Part shown: in pieces, positions 1 to 10,426 of the stretch
Layout of the letters: every line of letters starts with the position of its first letter
Numbering within the stretch: position 1 is the stretch's first letter
NCBI GenBank assembly: GCA_038243585.1
Contig: JBBSQY010000006.1
Location: 34,764-98,763 of the forward strand
DNA from: Candidatus Sumerlaeales bacterium
GTDB lineage: Bacteria; Sumerlaeota; Sumerlaeia; Sumerlaeales; Sumerlaeaceae
DNA length: 64,000 nt
Direction of reading: 5' to 3'
Notes under the pieces: generated by a model
Told to the model about the DNA's origin: nothing
Database searches by the model: none
What the model saw: only the letters and a program-made list of their open reading frames with translations
Translations under genes and position numbers: made by a program

Positions 1-1428
1 CACTACGTCAGCAGCATCAACTGAGCCTCTATTTGAAATGTCAATCATAGCCGCTGCAAAAAGTTCAAGCATTTCCTTATTTTCAGTTTCGGTCGGCTCA
101 ATCATTATAGCTTCGGGCACAATGAGTGGGAAATAAGTTGTCGGAGGATGAAAGCCGTAGTCGATTAGCTTCTTTGCAATATCAACGGCCTTAACACCCA
201 TCTTCTTTTGGCGGGTTGCGTCTATTACGAATTCATGCATACAACGCTTACCGTAGGGAATATCGTACTTATCGACAAGCAATGATAAGAGATAATTGGC
301 ATTTAACACCGCGTAGTCACTGACGTCGCGAAGGCCTTGTTCTCCTAATTGCCGAAGATATACATAAGCGCGAACCACATGGGCAACGTTGCCAAAATAA
401 CTGCGAACCTTCCCAATGCTTCGCGGGTCGAAGTTAAAGTCATAATTGCCATCATTACTCTTAACTACTGTAGGAGCAGGCAGATACGGAGCGAGAAAAT
501 CTCGTACAACTATAGGGCCAGCACCAGGGCCTCCGCCTCCATGAGGAATACTGAAGGTTTTATGAAGATTAATATGCATCATGTCGCCGCCGAAATCGCC
601 AGGGCGTACCCGCCCGACTATGGCATTAAAATTTGCACCATCAATATATACGAGTCCTCCAGCCTGGTGCACTATTTCGGCTGCCTCAGCGAGACGGTCC
701 TCGAACAGCCCGCAAGTATTGGGATTCGTTACCATAAGGCACGCGGTCCGGGGTCCAACTACTTTTTTTAAAGCTTCAATATCAATGCGGCCTGTGGAGT
801 CAGATTTAATCTCGACCGGCTCCAGCCCTACACGAAAAGCCGATGCGGGATTTGTGCCATGGGCCGTGTCGGGAATGATGACTTGGGTGCGCTCCGTTTC
901 GCCTTTGTCATCGAAGTAAGCCTTTGCCATCAACAGGCATGTGAATTCGCCATGGGCACCGGCTGCGGGCTGCAGAGAGACTCCGGGAAGGTTTGTCAGC
1001 TTGCCTAGAATCTCCTGCACTTGGTAATATGCTTCCAATAAACCCTGCATGGTAGATGCCGGCTGATCCGGATGCAGATTCGAAAAACCAGGCAGGCCCG
1101 CCCCGAACTCATTGATTTTGGGATTATATTTCATTGTGCAGGAGCCCAATGGGTAGAAGGTCGTTTCTACTCCCATTGTCCTACCCGACAAGTGCGTGAA
1201 ATGGCGCATAGTAGTCAGTTCGCTGACCTCCGGCAGTGCCGGCGGGGTTTCGCGCAAAAATCTTTCTGGTATCACGTCAGCGCAGACCCCTTTGGTTTCG
1301 GGAGGCTCCGGGGGCAATGAAAAGCCGGTCCGACCAGGGACGCTAAGCTCAAAGATCGTCTGCGTGTCCAGGCGTTCTTTTACGCTTAGATTGTTTTCTT
1401 CGACGGTGATCTGAATTCGCCTGCTCAT
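1..1428 (-). CDS. gcvPB: Glycine dehydrogenase subunit 2 (P-protein beta), runs off window start
   Basis: Not in the ORF track (truncated). Manual translation from ATG 1428 gives MSRRIQ...LPEVSELTTMRHFTHLS...FYPLGSCTMKYNPK. ATGA overlap with the gcvPA stop. Confidence 0.93.
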   Translation of the reverse strand, partial: MSRRIQITVEENNLSVKERLDTQTIFELSVPGRTGFSLPPEPPETKGVCADVIPERFLRETPPALPEVSELTTMRHFTHLSGRTMGVETTFYPLGSCTMKYNPKINEFGAGLPGFSNLHPDQPASTMQGLLEAYYQVQEILGKLTNLPGVSLQPAAGAHGEFTCLLMAKAYFDDKGETERTQVIIPDTAHGTNPASAFRVGLEPVEIKSDSTGRIDIEALKKVVGPRTACLMVTNPNTCGLFEDRLAEAAEIVHQAGGLVYIDGANFNAIVGRVRPGDFGGDMMHINLHKTFSIPHGGGGPGAGPIVVRDFLAPYLPAPTVVKSNDGNYDFNFDPRSIGKVRSYFGNVAHVVRAYVYLRQLGEQGLRDVSDYAVLNANYLLSLLVDKYDIPYGKRCMHEFVIDATRQKKMGVKAVDIAKKLIDYGFHPPTTYFPLIVPEAIMIEPTETENKEMLELFAAAMIDISNRGSVDAADVV

Positions 1429-2780
1429 AAGAACTCTCCCAAAGCTTCCGCGAAGCCATCAATTTCCGCGTCTGTACGCTTTTCCGTAGTCGCAACCAAC
1501 AGAAGATTTTCATATCCGCTGCCGCAGGTTTCAAAAAGCGGGGTGCCTGCAAGATAGCCTTTTAGCAGAAGAGCGTCGCGCACCTGCTGTGCAGGTCGGT
1601 TCGTTCGAATTACAAATTCCTTGAACACAGGTGCCGTAAACGCAATGGCATCAGTATGTTTTTTTAAAATGGCAGATTTTAACCGGTTCGTATTTCGCAC
1701 ACAGGCACGGGCAACTTCACCCATACCTTGCGGACCCATCAGGCACATATAAATAGAGGCGCGCAAGGCGTTATGCGCGTGATTTGTACAGATATTTGAA
1801 GTCGCTTTTGCGCGGCGGATATGTTGCTCGCGGGTTTGCAGGGTAAGAACAAATCCACGCCGGTCTTCGCGGTCCTTTGTCTGGCCTACTAAACGCCCCG
1901 GCACTTTGCGCATAAACTCGGATTTACAAGTGAAAATACCAACGCTTTCGCCGCCGGCATATTGATTCAGCCCTAGCGGCTGTCCTTCGCCTACAGCAAT
2001 ATCAGCACCATAAGTCCCTGGTGGCGCCAGAACTCCCAAACTAATGGGGTCGGCAACAACAATAAATAACGCTCCAGATTCACGCACACGCTTTTCAATT
2101 CCATGCACATCCTCCAGACATCCGAAATAATTGGGATGTTGAACAACAACGGCGGCTACGTCGTCGCCCAGACTTTCGCCCAGTGCTTGTACATCGGTAA
2201 GTCCATTTCCGGCTTTTACAATATCGACTTTTGTATTAAAATGAGCCATATAGGTCGCAACTAAAGCGCGGGAATCGGGATGAACAGATTCCGACATAAC
2301 AATTCGGTTTCGGTCCGGATGAACAGCAAGCGCCATGAACACTGCTTCGCCGACAGCCGAGGCGCCGTCGTAAAGTGACGCGTTGGAAACCGGCATATCG
2401 TATAATCGACTGAGTAACGTCTGGTACTCAAAAAACGCCTGGAGCAGTCCTTGGCTTGCCTCGGGCTGATAAGGGGTGTAACCGGTAACGAACTCGCTGC
2501 GATTAGCCACGTGCATAATGGCAGTGGGAACAAAATGGTCGTAAATTCCGCCACCCATAAATGAGGTAAGGCTGTCAGCCGCCTGATTCCGGGCAGCCAT
2601 GCGGGTTAGATGTCCTTGCAGTTCCAGTTCACTGAGAGCAGTCGGAATATCGAAAGTATCTTTGTGCTGAAGGTCGGAAGGTATCTGATCGTTAAAAATT
2701 TCATCAATGGACGTGGCATCAACTGCTGCCAACATCTCAATTATCTGGTCAGGGGTAGCCTGAATATAGGGGTTACTCAA
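1425..2780 (-). CDS. gcvPA: Glycine dehydrogenase subunit 1 (P-protein alpha)
   Basis: YTPYQPEASQG, NASLYDG and TREQHIRRAKATSNICTN motifs; gcv operon context. Confidence 0.96.
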   Translation of the reverse strand: MSNPYIQATPDQIIEMLAAVDATSIDEIFNDQIPSDLQHKDTFDIPTALSELELQGHLTRMAARNQAADSLTSFMGGGIYDHFVPTAIMHVANRSEFVTGYTPYQPEASQGLLQAFFEYQTLLSRLYDMPVSNASLYDGASAVGEAVFMALAVHPDRNRIVMSESVHPDSRALVATYMAHFNTKVDIVKAGNGLTDVQALGESLGDDVAAVVVQHPNYFGCLEDVHGIEKRVRESGALFIVVADPISLGVLAPPGTYGADIAVGEGQPLGLNQYAGGESVGIFTCKSEFMRKVPGRLVGQTKDREDRRGFVLTLQTREQHIRRAKATSNICTNHAHNALRASIYMCLMGPQGMGEVARACVRNTNRLKSAILKKHTDAIAFTAPVFKEFVIRTNRPAQQVRDALLLKGYLAGTPLFETCGSGYENLLLVATTEKRTDAEIDGFAEALGEFL

Positions 2781-3169
2781 TGGGATTCCTCAGCCACCTG
2801 CTTCTCATAATCGTCCGGAGAAATAAGTCGTTCAACATCTGCCGGATCATCGGGTGTAATTTTAATCATCCATCCGGTTCCGTAAGGCTCTTCTGAAACC
2901 TGATTTGGGTCGGCGACTACGGCATCATTGATGGCGCTTACTATTCCAGACACTGGCGCATAGAGATCACTGGCGGCCTTAACCGACTCAATAACTCCAA
3001 AACTGTCTCCAGCCTTTAGTTTACGGCCAGGCGTGGGAAGATCGACGAAAACAATTTCCTTATTGAGCTGCTCCACGGCAAAATCGGAAATACCGACGAC
3101 GACTGAACCGTCCTCGAGCCGCGCCCACTCATGGGATTTCTGATATCGTACGTTGTTGGGCCTGGACAT
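2777..3169 (-). CDS. gcvH: Glycine cleavage system H protein
   Basis: SHEWA, GISDFA and IESVKAASDLYAPVSG (lipoyl-Lys) motifs. Confidence 0.97.
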   Translation of the reverse strand: MSRPNNVRYQKSHEWARLEDGSVVVGISDFAVEQLNKEIVFVDLPTPGRKLKAGDSFGVIESVKAASDLYAPVSGIVSAINDAVVADPNQVSEEPYGTGWMIKITPDDPADVERLISPDDYEKQVAEESH

Positions 3170-4278
3170 TAGCCGGCGTTCCTCCTGTAGAAGGGTCGTT
3201 TTATAATTTGAGCGGGTAGGGCCCGCCCGCGAATATCAATGCTGATACTACCGCCCACCGCGCTATGTTCTTTTTTAACGTAAGCAAGGCCTACGGTTTT
3301 TTGGAGAGTCGGAGAAAATATGCCGCTTGTAACCGTGCCAATACCGTTACCCGAAGCATTTAGTACAGAAAAGCCCTGACGCGCCACCGGCCCTCGCTGA
3401 AGCATTTCGAATCCAACCAGCCTGGTATCAGGTCCACCGGAATTTTTTAAAGATTCCAGAGCAATGCGGCCTATAAAATCCTCCTTTTCCATTTCAATAA
3501 AGCGACCAAATCCGGCATGAAGCGGAGTGAGAGAGTCATCCAGTTCGTGTCCATAAAGCGGCATCGCTGCCTCCAGACGAAGACTGTCCCGCGCCCCAAG
3601 TCCTATTGGCCTAACATTTCCTTCCGGCGCAGCGGCAATCAGGCTGTCCCAAAGCGAAACAACGTTTTCAGATGGCAGATAAATTTCAAAACCATCCTCG
3701 CCGGTATAGCCGGTACGGGAAATTATCATTCGTCCGGGATATTTGGGATTGTCTAAACTGGCAAATTGATAGTAGTTTAAAGTGGATACGTCTGTTCCGA
3801 AGAGGTTTGACATTACCTCCGCGCTTAAGGGCCCCTGGAGGGCAATCATTCCCCAGGATTCACCGCGGTCGTCTAGCTCAACATTGCCATCAAAAGCGTT
3901 GGCCTGTTTCCGAATCCAATCTAAATCACGCTCGCGGTTGCCGGCATTAATCACCAGGAAAATTTCTTCAACATCGTAATACACAGTTATATCATCAATG
4001 ACCGTCCCATCCTCCCGAAGCAAAAAGGAGTACTGCACTTCACCCGGTTTCGCCGAGCTGACCTTTGCAGGGGTAAGATGATTTACGAAAGCGAATGCGT
4101 CGGAACCCCGAAGAAATAAGCGACCCATATGGCCAAGATCAAATAGGCCGGCTTCGGCACGAGTGTGCTGATGTTCCTGCGTAATACCTTCGTAATAGAG
4201 GGGCATATGCCAGCCATTAAAATCAGTCATAGTTGCGCCGTGGGCGATATGCCACTCATTCAAAGCTGTTTTTTTCAT
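3169..4278 (-). CDS. gcvT: Aminomethyltransferase (T protein)
   Basis: GLFDLGHMG, SRTGYTGEDGFE and GLGARDSLRLEA. ATG 4278 preferred over TTG 4287 on RBS spacing. Confidence 0.96.
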   Translation of the reverse strand: MKKTALNEWHIAHGATMTDFNGWHMPLYYEGITQEHQHTRAEAGLFDLGHMGRLFLRGSDAFAFVNHLTPAKVSSAKPGEVQYSFLLREDGTVIDDITVYYDVEEIFLVINAGNRERDLDWIRKQANAFDGNVELDDRGESWGMIALQGPLSAEVMSNLFGTDVSTLNYYQFASLDNPKYPGRMIISRTGYTGEDGFEIYLPSENVVSLWDSLIAAAPEGNVRPIGLGARDSLRLEAAMPLYGHELDDSLTPLHAGFGRFIEMEKEDFIGRIALESLKNSGGPDTRLVGFEMLQRGPVARQGFSVLNASGNGIGTVTSGIFSPTLQKTVGLAYVKKEHSAVGGSISIDIRGRALPAQIIKRPFYRRNAG

Positions 4279-4525
4279 AGGCGGCAAGACTCCATCTTGT
4301 AATGCGTTATAAATATTATGTTATCAGTAAATCGAAGATAAATGGGACAGCCCGTTGGAACGACTTTTCCCATCGGAAATTCGGACGCAACAACAATGGG
4401 AATTCGACGATATTTTTACTACACATTCTACTCGTTGTTTTTTAATAACCCACGACATTCGGTATGAGAAAAGTTAATCCGGGATTTTGGACTTCCGCCA
4501 AACTAGCGCTGCTGTATAATATCGA

Positions 4526-5626
4526 TTATGGAGTTTGAGAACGAAGTGCCGGCTCCGCAATTAAGCTACAGCCTCTCGGCAACGATTCCTGGATGCGACC
4601 AATAACGCGAAAGGATCCATCTGGAGAGGCAATCCCAACATCATCTGTTTGAATTGCGATCACGCTGCCTACGTTGGCCAGATCAATTATTCTGATAAGC
4701 CCCGGCTCGCCTGGAGTCATCTCGTCTCCTGTCTCCGGGTCAACACACATAACTCTGCACCAGCTAGGACCCATCTTCCAATCGCTGCTGTTCTGATCGC
4801 GCAAGCTGCAGTCATAAAATTGCGATGAAAGTTCGGTCATGCCGTATTCGTTAACGATGTTGAATGCAGGAATACCGAACAGTTCGGACAAAACCGGGTA
4901 AAACTCATTTCTTTGTATCTCGCGGACCCGGCCCTTAAATCCGCCGGTTTCCATTATACGACTGCCGAACGGAAGGTTAAATCGTAGATTCCGCTGTGTC
5001 ATCGCTTCCAAAACGTAAACAAACCCGAATGCCGTGCCCAGCAAAAAAACAGGTTGCTGACGCTCAGAAGCTTCGTAAAGAGCGCAAGATAAACTGTCGA
5101 TATTAACCACGGATCCTGTTCCGTGGAATTGGGATTCCGGTGTTCCAAATTTTAACCGGACGGTATCCATCATATGGACTAAAGAACTATGAGGAGTCTC
5201 AAAAGGGGGAGGCGTTAAAAACTCCATTCGCATATGTTCTGCATCGGGCAGAAGGAAGCTTTTGAATGGAGGGCAGATGGCCTTTTCATAAATTTCTAAC
5301 GTTTCAAAGTAATGGTATCCTGTATCGCCTTCCGTTGTACCACTGGTTTCGAACCATGCTTTTATGGCGTCAAAGGGGAACGAACACACGCTTGCTCGTT
5401 TAAATGCGGCTGCGGGAAGAGCGGGAAGCTTCTTCCAATGATCTGGGGCGCTGAGGCGGGCTGCGTCAAAATATCCCCTGTACACAGGGTTTGCTGATAG
5501 CTGATATCGAAACAGTTGTAAAGCGAAGCTGCTGAACTCTACGTCCGACAGAATCTGCCCTGTCGAAATTATCTGAAGGATTTCGCGATGTAGCAACGCC
5601 CGAAGGCCATTAGCTGTTTGTGACAT
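4526..5626 (-). CDS. LuxE/PaaK-like acyl-protein synthetase (ANL family)
   Basis: FETSGTT, METGGFKGR, EYGMTELSSQFY, DLANVGS..AIQTDD and RGCS, typical of the LuxE family. Confidence 0.8.
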   Translation of the reverse strand: MSQTANGLRALLHREILQIISTGQILSDVEFSSFALQLFRYQLSANPVYRGYFDAARLSAPDHWKKLPALPAAAFKRASVCSFPFDAIKAWFETSGTTEGDTGYHYFETLEIYEKAICPPFKSFLLPDAEHMRMEFLTPPPFETPHSSLVHMMDTVRLKFGTPESQFHGTGSVVNIDSLSCALYEASERQQPVFLLGTAFGFVYVLEAMTQRNLRFNLPFGSRIMETGGFKGRVREIQRNEFYPVLSELFGIPAFNIVNEYGMTELSSQFYDCSLRDQNSSDWKMGPSWCRVMCVDPETGDEMTPGEPGLIRIIDLANVGSVIAIQTDDVGIASPDGSFRVIGRIQESLPRGCSLIAEPALRSQTP

Positions 5627-5676
5627 CTTTTTGTTTGCCCTTGGGAAGTGAACGGGTCGTAACGAGATTTAATAAT

Positions 5677-6978
5677 ATGCGATTATCTAATTTTTCATAC
5701 ATGGTTGCGACCAACCTTACAGAAAAGAAATGGCGCACGCTGTTTGCCGTGCTTGTAATTGCGTTTGCCACAGCTGTCGCACTGGCTGTGACGGCGGTTA
5801 GTAGCGGTATGCTGCGCGGGCTGCAGGCCCGAGCGGCAGATATGTTCCCCCCAACGGTAATTATGGTCAAGCCTAAGACAGTGGCGCTGGCAATGCTTTC
5901 GTTTAATTCTGCCGTCATTGATGAACCAGCTGTTGCTAAAATCCGGGCTTTGCCCGGAGTTAGCCATGTTGAACCACAGTTAAGCCTGAGGGTTCCGCTG
6001 CGAATGGAAGTAGAAATTGCAGGCCAGTACGCAGTGACAGACGCCGTGGTGATTGGCGTGGACCCGTCTACATTAAAGAATAGTGTTGCCAAAGGCATGA
6101 CCTTCGAGTATGACGATTCAAGCAGTCAACCCATACCCTGCGTTGTTCCAAAGCTGTTGCTGGATATGTATAATCTGGCGTATGCCGACAGCATCGGATT
6201 TCCTAAAATCAATGAGGATTTTCTGATAGGAAAACGCTTCACCATGGTGCTGGGGCAGACTTACTTGGCCGGCGGCGGCGCCAACGGCAAGCAGGACAAA
6301 ATATTGTGCAGGGTAGTTGGCCTGGTCTCAGACGCTTCTTTAGTACCCGGAGTCTATATACCGATTGAGTATGCCCGGCGTTTGAACTTCTGGTACACTG
6401 GAAATATTGATCAGCCTTATACGGCACTTCGAGTGATAATTAAGCGGCCCGATCAGGTTGACACCGTAAGCAAGAGCCTTTCAGATATGGGGCTTATGGC
6501 AGAAGGAAACCGTTGGGCCTACGATTCTATTACTTTTGCGACTAAAGCGGGGGCAGTGGTTCTCTATGCTTTTGCATTTCTAATTCTATTAGTTACGTCG
6601 TTTAGTATATTAAATCTTTTCAGCCTCATCATGGCGCACCGAACCGGCGAAATACGCTTGCTGACGGCTGTTGGCGGAACGAAAGCGACCCTGCGATGGT
6701 TGTATTTTGCTGAGGCAGTGGCCATCGCGTTGGGCGGACTGATCATCGGTGGGAGCGTAGTCTTTTTTGGCTTAAATCAGATTGAATTGCAAATTCGCAG
6801 GCGTCTGGAAGCCTTGAATATGGCAAATCTCAGCGTATTGCCAGAGCACATTTTTGCCTTTGATTTTCTGCCTGTCACAGTTGTTGTAGTTGTAGTGATG
6901 ATAATGTCTGTTGCCGCTCCGCTGGTAATTACCTGGAGAACTACTGGAAAACAAGTGGCTGGTTCAGGGCAGGCCTAG
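5677..6978 (+). CDS. ABC transporter permease, MacB/FtsX-like
   Basis: N-terminal TM, large periplasmic domain, C-terminal TMs with RTGEIRLLTAVGG. ATG 5677 avoids overlap with the divergent gene. Confidence 0.75.
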   Translation: MRLSNFSYMVATNLTEKKWRTLFAVLVIAFATAVALAVTAVSSGMLRGLQARAADMFPPTVIMVKPKTVALAMLSFNSAVIDEPAVAKIRALPGVSHVEPQLSLRVPLRMEVEIAGQYAVTDAVVIGVDPSTLKNSVAKGMTFEYDDSSSQPIPCVVPKLLLDMYNLAYADSIGFPKINEDFLIGKRFTMVLGQTYLAGGGANGKQDKILCRVVGLVSDASLVPGVYIPIEYARRLNFWYTGNIDQPYTALRVIIKRPDQVDTVSKSLSDMGLMAEGNRWAYDSITFATKAGAVVLYAFAFLILLVTSFSILNLFSLIMAHRTGEIRLLTAVGGTKATLRWLYFAEAVAIALGGLIIGGSVVFFGLNQIELQIRRRLEALNMANLSVLPEHIFAFDFLPVTVVVVVVMIMSVAAPLVITWRTTGKQVAGSGQA

Positions 6979-6998
6979 GCTACTGGGAAGGTAATTTA

Positions 6999-7388
6999 GT
7001 GATGCAAACTACTAAAAACACGTCGGGAACGGCAGGTAGCCTTTATTTAGGTCGTGTAAATAATGCTTTTGCCATTGTTGAACTATTGCTTGTGGTAATC
7101 GTAATTGCCCTTCTTTCCGGCTGGTATTTCAGAGACGGAAACAATCCACACCAGGAAGCCGCAAGCCAGTACAAGCAGAGCATGGATCGAAGCAAATCCA
7201 CGGCGTGTATCGCCGGGCGATCCGCTATGCGATCTGTGGTGCTGACTCACACAATGCAAAATCCAGGACAACCAGTCACCACAGAGGCCTTAAAAGCAGC
7301 GGGTGTAAATATGAACATCTGTCCCGAGGGCGGCGTTATAACTGTGACAGCGGACGGAAGTCTTCTTTGCTCAATTCACCAGCCATGA
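6999..7388 (+). CDS. Prepilin/pseudopilin-like protein
   Basis: AF-AIVELLLVVIVIALL type IV prepilin-like N-terminus; C-terminal CPEGG...CSIH. Confidence 0.65.
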   Translation: MMQTTKNTSGTAGSLYLGRVNNAFAIVELLLVVIVIALLSGWYFRDGNNPHQEAASQYKQSMDRSKSTACIAGRSAMRSVVLTHTMQNPGQPVTTEALKAAGVNMNICPEGGVITVTADGSLLCSIHQP

Positions 7389-7988
7389 GTGCTTTTTTTA
7401 TTGCCCAAGATTGCGAAAAGGATAAGACTTTGTGTCATGTTAAATAAATTAAGCCCTTTTTTGAGAAAACCTGTCGGAGTCATTGCCGTTTCATTCGGGT
7501 TATTTCCGTTCTCCGCTCCCAAGCAGCAACCTGTAGTATTTAACTTCGATCAAACTATTAATTTATTTCAACCGGGTCCGAAGTGGCCGGTTGAAAAGCT
7601 TTTGAAACCAGCCGAGAAGCAGGTATACGAACAGTACGGGAAACCGGATTACTTCCGAATTTTGTGGAACAGCACAGGGGAAATCAAAGTCAGATCCATA
7701 CTCGAGCAGGAGTGGAAGAGTACGGGTCCCAAAAACCTTCCGCCTTCCTCCTGGGTTTACCTACAGCGTAATGAAGAGATCATCTTTGTAAATGATAGCT
7801 TCCGTACGCAGCCACTAACTGCCGCAGTGCAACTTATTGTTAAGATGGGTGACCCTGAACTGGTAAAAGATATGGGTTCCGGCATGGCGCAATGGACGTA
7901 TTACAGCACAGGGAAAATGTATACTGTTTCTGAAGGCAAAGTAGCAGAAACAAGAAGCTTTCCGCCAATGGGCAGCTATCATAAGTAA
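7389..7988 (+). CDS. Hypothetical exported protein (start probably ATG 7437)
   Basis: Long ORF collinear with its neighbours; hydrophobic N-terminal segment. Confidence 0.55.
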   Translation: MLFLLPKIAKRIRLCVMLNKLSPFLRKPVGVIAVSFGLFPFSAPKQQPVVFNFDQTINLFQPGPKWPVEKLLKPAEKQVYEQYGKPDYFRILWNSTGEIKVRSILEQEWKSTGPKNLPPSSWVYLQRNEEIIFVNDSFRTQPLTAAVQLIVKMGDPELVKDMGSGMAQWTYYSTGKMYTVSEGKVAETRSFPPMGSYHK

Positions 7989-8058
7989 TTATGAAATAGA
8001 GCATTTAGGTCAAGAGCAGCCAGATAATAGCAATCGGCCTCTGTTTTTCGCCTTAAAA

Positions 8059-8631
8059 TTGCCCTCAGAGGTGAAGATGCAGCTCGCCGATCTTCAGGCT
8101 CGCCTTAAAATCGGTTGTCGTTTTGTGGATGCTCATCCGAAGTGGGTTGAAACAGACAACCTGCATTTGACTTTGTTGTTTATCGGAAATATAAATAAAA
8201 CTAGAATAGCCGAATTAGCCGAAATTGCTGACGGGGTTGCCGCAGAAATGGACCCGTTTGACGTGGTGGTCGCCAGGCTAGGTTTGTTTCCTGCCGATAG
8301 CAAGGAACCGAAGGTTTTGTCGATAGACGTTAGAGGTATGGACAAGAGTTTGCAGCGGCTGCATGCTCGGCTGCACGATGCACTTTCTCAGCGTGAATTT
8401 GACTTGGAAAGACGGCCTTATAAGCCCCATCTAACCCTCGCCAGAATCACCAGTATCAAAACCGGCTCCCGCCTTGCCCCGCTAGCGGCTTCACACGCCA
8501 ACAAGCTCCAGACGAAATTTACAGCTAGCGAAGTGGTTCTCTTTGAAAGCCAGTTGCAAGCCGAAGGGTCTACCTATAACGACTTGCACACATCAAAATT
8601 TACTAGTAGCTCCGCAACACACGCGGGTTGA
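8059..8631 (+). CDS. thpR: RNA 2',3'-cyclic phosphodiesterase (2H family)
   Basis: Two HxT motifs (LHLTL, PHLTLAR) and LFES..L...G..Y. True start is probably upstream (see findings). Confidence 0.85.
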   Translation: MPSEVKMQLADLQARLKIGCRFVDAHPKWVETDNLHLTLLFIGNINKTRIAELAEIADGVAAEMDPFDVVVARLGLFPADSKEPKVLSIDVRGMDKSLQRLHARLHDALSQREFDLERRPYKPHLTLARITSIKTGSRLAPLAASHANKLQTKFTASEVVLFESQLQAEGSTYNDLHTSKFTSSSATHAG

Positions 8632-8666
8632 TTTAAAGTCTGCAGAGAATTGTAAGTAGGATTTTT

Positions 8667-9422
8667 ATGAAACAATTTATTTATCTTTTTACCGCTATCA
8701 TTTTAAATGGAAGTTGTTTTGCACAAGATACTCCACCTTCGATGAGCGCTGCGGAAGTTGCTAGAGATGTGGTGCAAAAAATTAACCGCATTTCAAGTTT
8801 CAGCGCCACTGTAGAGACTGGGGAAACGGAAGCAGCAAGCCCGGCCTTTAAAACCTCATCAGACTTGGTAGTGTCTCGTCTGTATGGCTGGAAACTGATT
8901 GCTGATGACGGGCCGGAACCCTATACGTTAATTACAGATTTCCAGTCGTTTTACCAGTATTTTCCCAAAGAGAAAAAGGTAATGAAAACGACAGCGGACG
9001 TTCCTGAGCTAAAGGCCATGCTAACAAAACCTGTTACGGATATGAACCCATTAAACCTTCTTGATCCCAAATCACTAGTATATAAAGGTAATGAAAAAGT
9101 GAACGGAGAGACTGTCTACCACATCGAAGGTACAACACAGTCCCAGCTGATGCCGGGCGGGCCGGAAATTAAAAGATCATTGATAGCTTGGATTAGTGTC
9201 GAAGATGGTCTGCCGCGTAAGACTGTTGAGTCAGTCGGCACCTCTACCGGCACTACCGTGTACCAAAATGTAAAAGTTAACCCGCCGGTCTCACCGGCCG
9301 ATTTTACGTTTACTCCTCCGCCGGGAACAGCGGTTATTGATACGAACGAGCAGATGCGTAAAATGCAACAAGAAGATCGGCGCCCTTCAGCAGCCGAACC
9401 GTCGATTACACCTACCCCTTAA
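8667..9422 (+). CDS. LolA-like periplasmic protein
   Basis: Signal peptide; C-terminal NVKVNPPVSPADFTFTPPPG typical of LolA-fold proteins. Confidence 0.6.
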   Translation: MKQFIYLFTAIILNGSCFAQDTPPSMSAAEVARDVVQKINRISSFSATVETGETEAASPAFKTSSDLVVSRLYGWKLIADDGPEPYTLITDFQSFYQYFPKEKKVMKTTADVPELKAMLTKPVTDMNPLNLLDPKSLVYKGNEKVNGETVYHIEGTTQSQLMPGGPEIKRSLIAWISVEDGLPRKTVESVGTSTGTTVYQNVKVNPPVSPADFTFTPPPGTAVIDTNEQMRKMQQEDRRPSAAEPSITPTP

Positions 9423-9463
9423 GTTTTAAAACCTACTCTCTAACCTTTCCGTGGAGGAACGTT

Positions 9464-10426
9464 ATGCGTCTCGGAGTTTTTCTAGCGCTGTTTGGCAATC
9501 AGGATCTTGAAACTACATTGGATTTTGTTCAGAAAATCGGTCTTGATACTGTCGAGGTCGGGACGGGAAATTACCCGCCTGACACCCATTGCAAGCCGGC
9601 GGATCTTCTTGGAAACAAAGAAGCGCAGAAGCAGTTTCTTAGTAAATTCAAAAAACGCGGAATCATGATATCCGCCCTGTCTTGCCACGCCAATGCCATT
9701 CATCCCGATGAGGCGGTTGCGTCCGCCCATGCAAAAGTCCAGCGAGATACAATACAGCTTGCTGGTGAGCTTGGCATCGAACGCGTTAACACCTTCAGCG
9801 GCTGTCCCGGCGGTGGTCCCGGCGATAAAACTCCGAACTGGGTAACTTGCCCATGGCCGGACGATTTTCTAAACATTCTGGATTGGCAGTGGAACGAAGT
9901 CATTATTCCATTTTGGAAAAAGGAATCCACTTTCGCAAAAGAGCATGGCGTTAAAGTCGGACTGGAGATGCATCCTGGCTTTTCAGTTTATAATCCTGAA
10001 ACCATGCTGCGCCTTCGCGCTGCTGCTGGCGATAATATTGGCTGCAACTTTGACCCATCGCACTTATTCTGGCAGGGGATGGATCCCATTGCTGCGCTTC
10101 GAGAACTTAAGGGTGCAATTTTCCATGTTCATGCCAAGGACGTTAACATTGATCCTATAAATACATCACGAAATGGCGTACTGGACACAAAACATTACGC
10201 GGACGAACTGAACCGGTCATGGATTTTCCGGACGGTCGGTTATGGTCACGATGAGTTGTTCTGGCGTAATTTCGTCAGCACCCTGAGGTTGATCGGTTAT
10301 GACCACGCCATCAGCATCGAACATGAAGACAGCCTGATGAGTGTAAACGAGGGCCTGAGCAAAGCTGTAGAATTGTTGCGGCGGGTTTTGCTAACTGAAG
10401 AAACCGGCGAAATGTGGTGGGCTTAG
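9464..10426 (+). CDS. Sugar phosphate isomerase/epimerase (xylose isomerase-like TIM barrel)
   Basis: LEMHPG, NFDPSHLFWQG, HVHAKD and SIEHED motifs; GGAGG RBS. Confidence 0.88.
   Translation: MRLGVFLALFGNQDLETTLDFVQKIGLDTVEVGTGNYPPDTHCKPADLLGNKEAQKQFLSKFKKRGIMISALSCHANAIHPDEAVASAHAKVQRDTIQLAGELGIERVNTFSGCPGGGPGDKTPNWVTCPWPDDFLNILDWQWNEVIIPFWKKESTFAKEHGVKVGLEMHPGFSVYNPETMLRLRAAAGDNIGCNFDPSHLFWQGMDPIAALRELKGAIFHVHAKDVNIDPINTSRNGVLDTKHYADELNRSWIFRTVGYGHDELFWRNFVSTLRLIGYDHAISIEHEDSLMSVNEGLSKAVELLRRVLLTEETGEMWWA

Noticed and set aside
349..1414. Plus-strand ORFs of 72-140 aa
   Set aside because: Antisense shadows of gcvPB, which occupies 1-1428 on the minus strand.
4288..4525. Possible glycine riboswitch upstream of gcvT
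   Set aside because: I could not find the conserved GGAGA...CCGAAG...CTCTCAGG elements on the minus strand.
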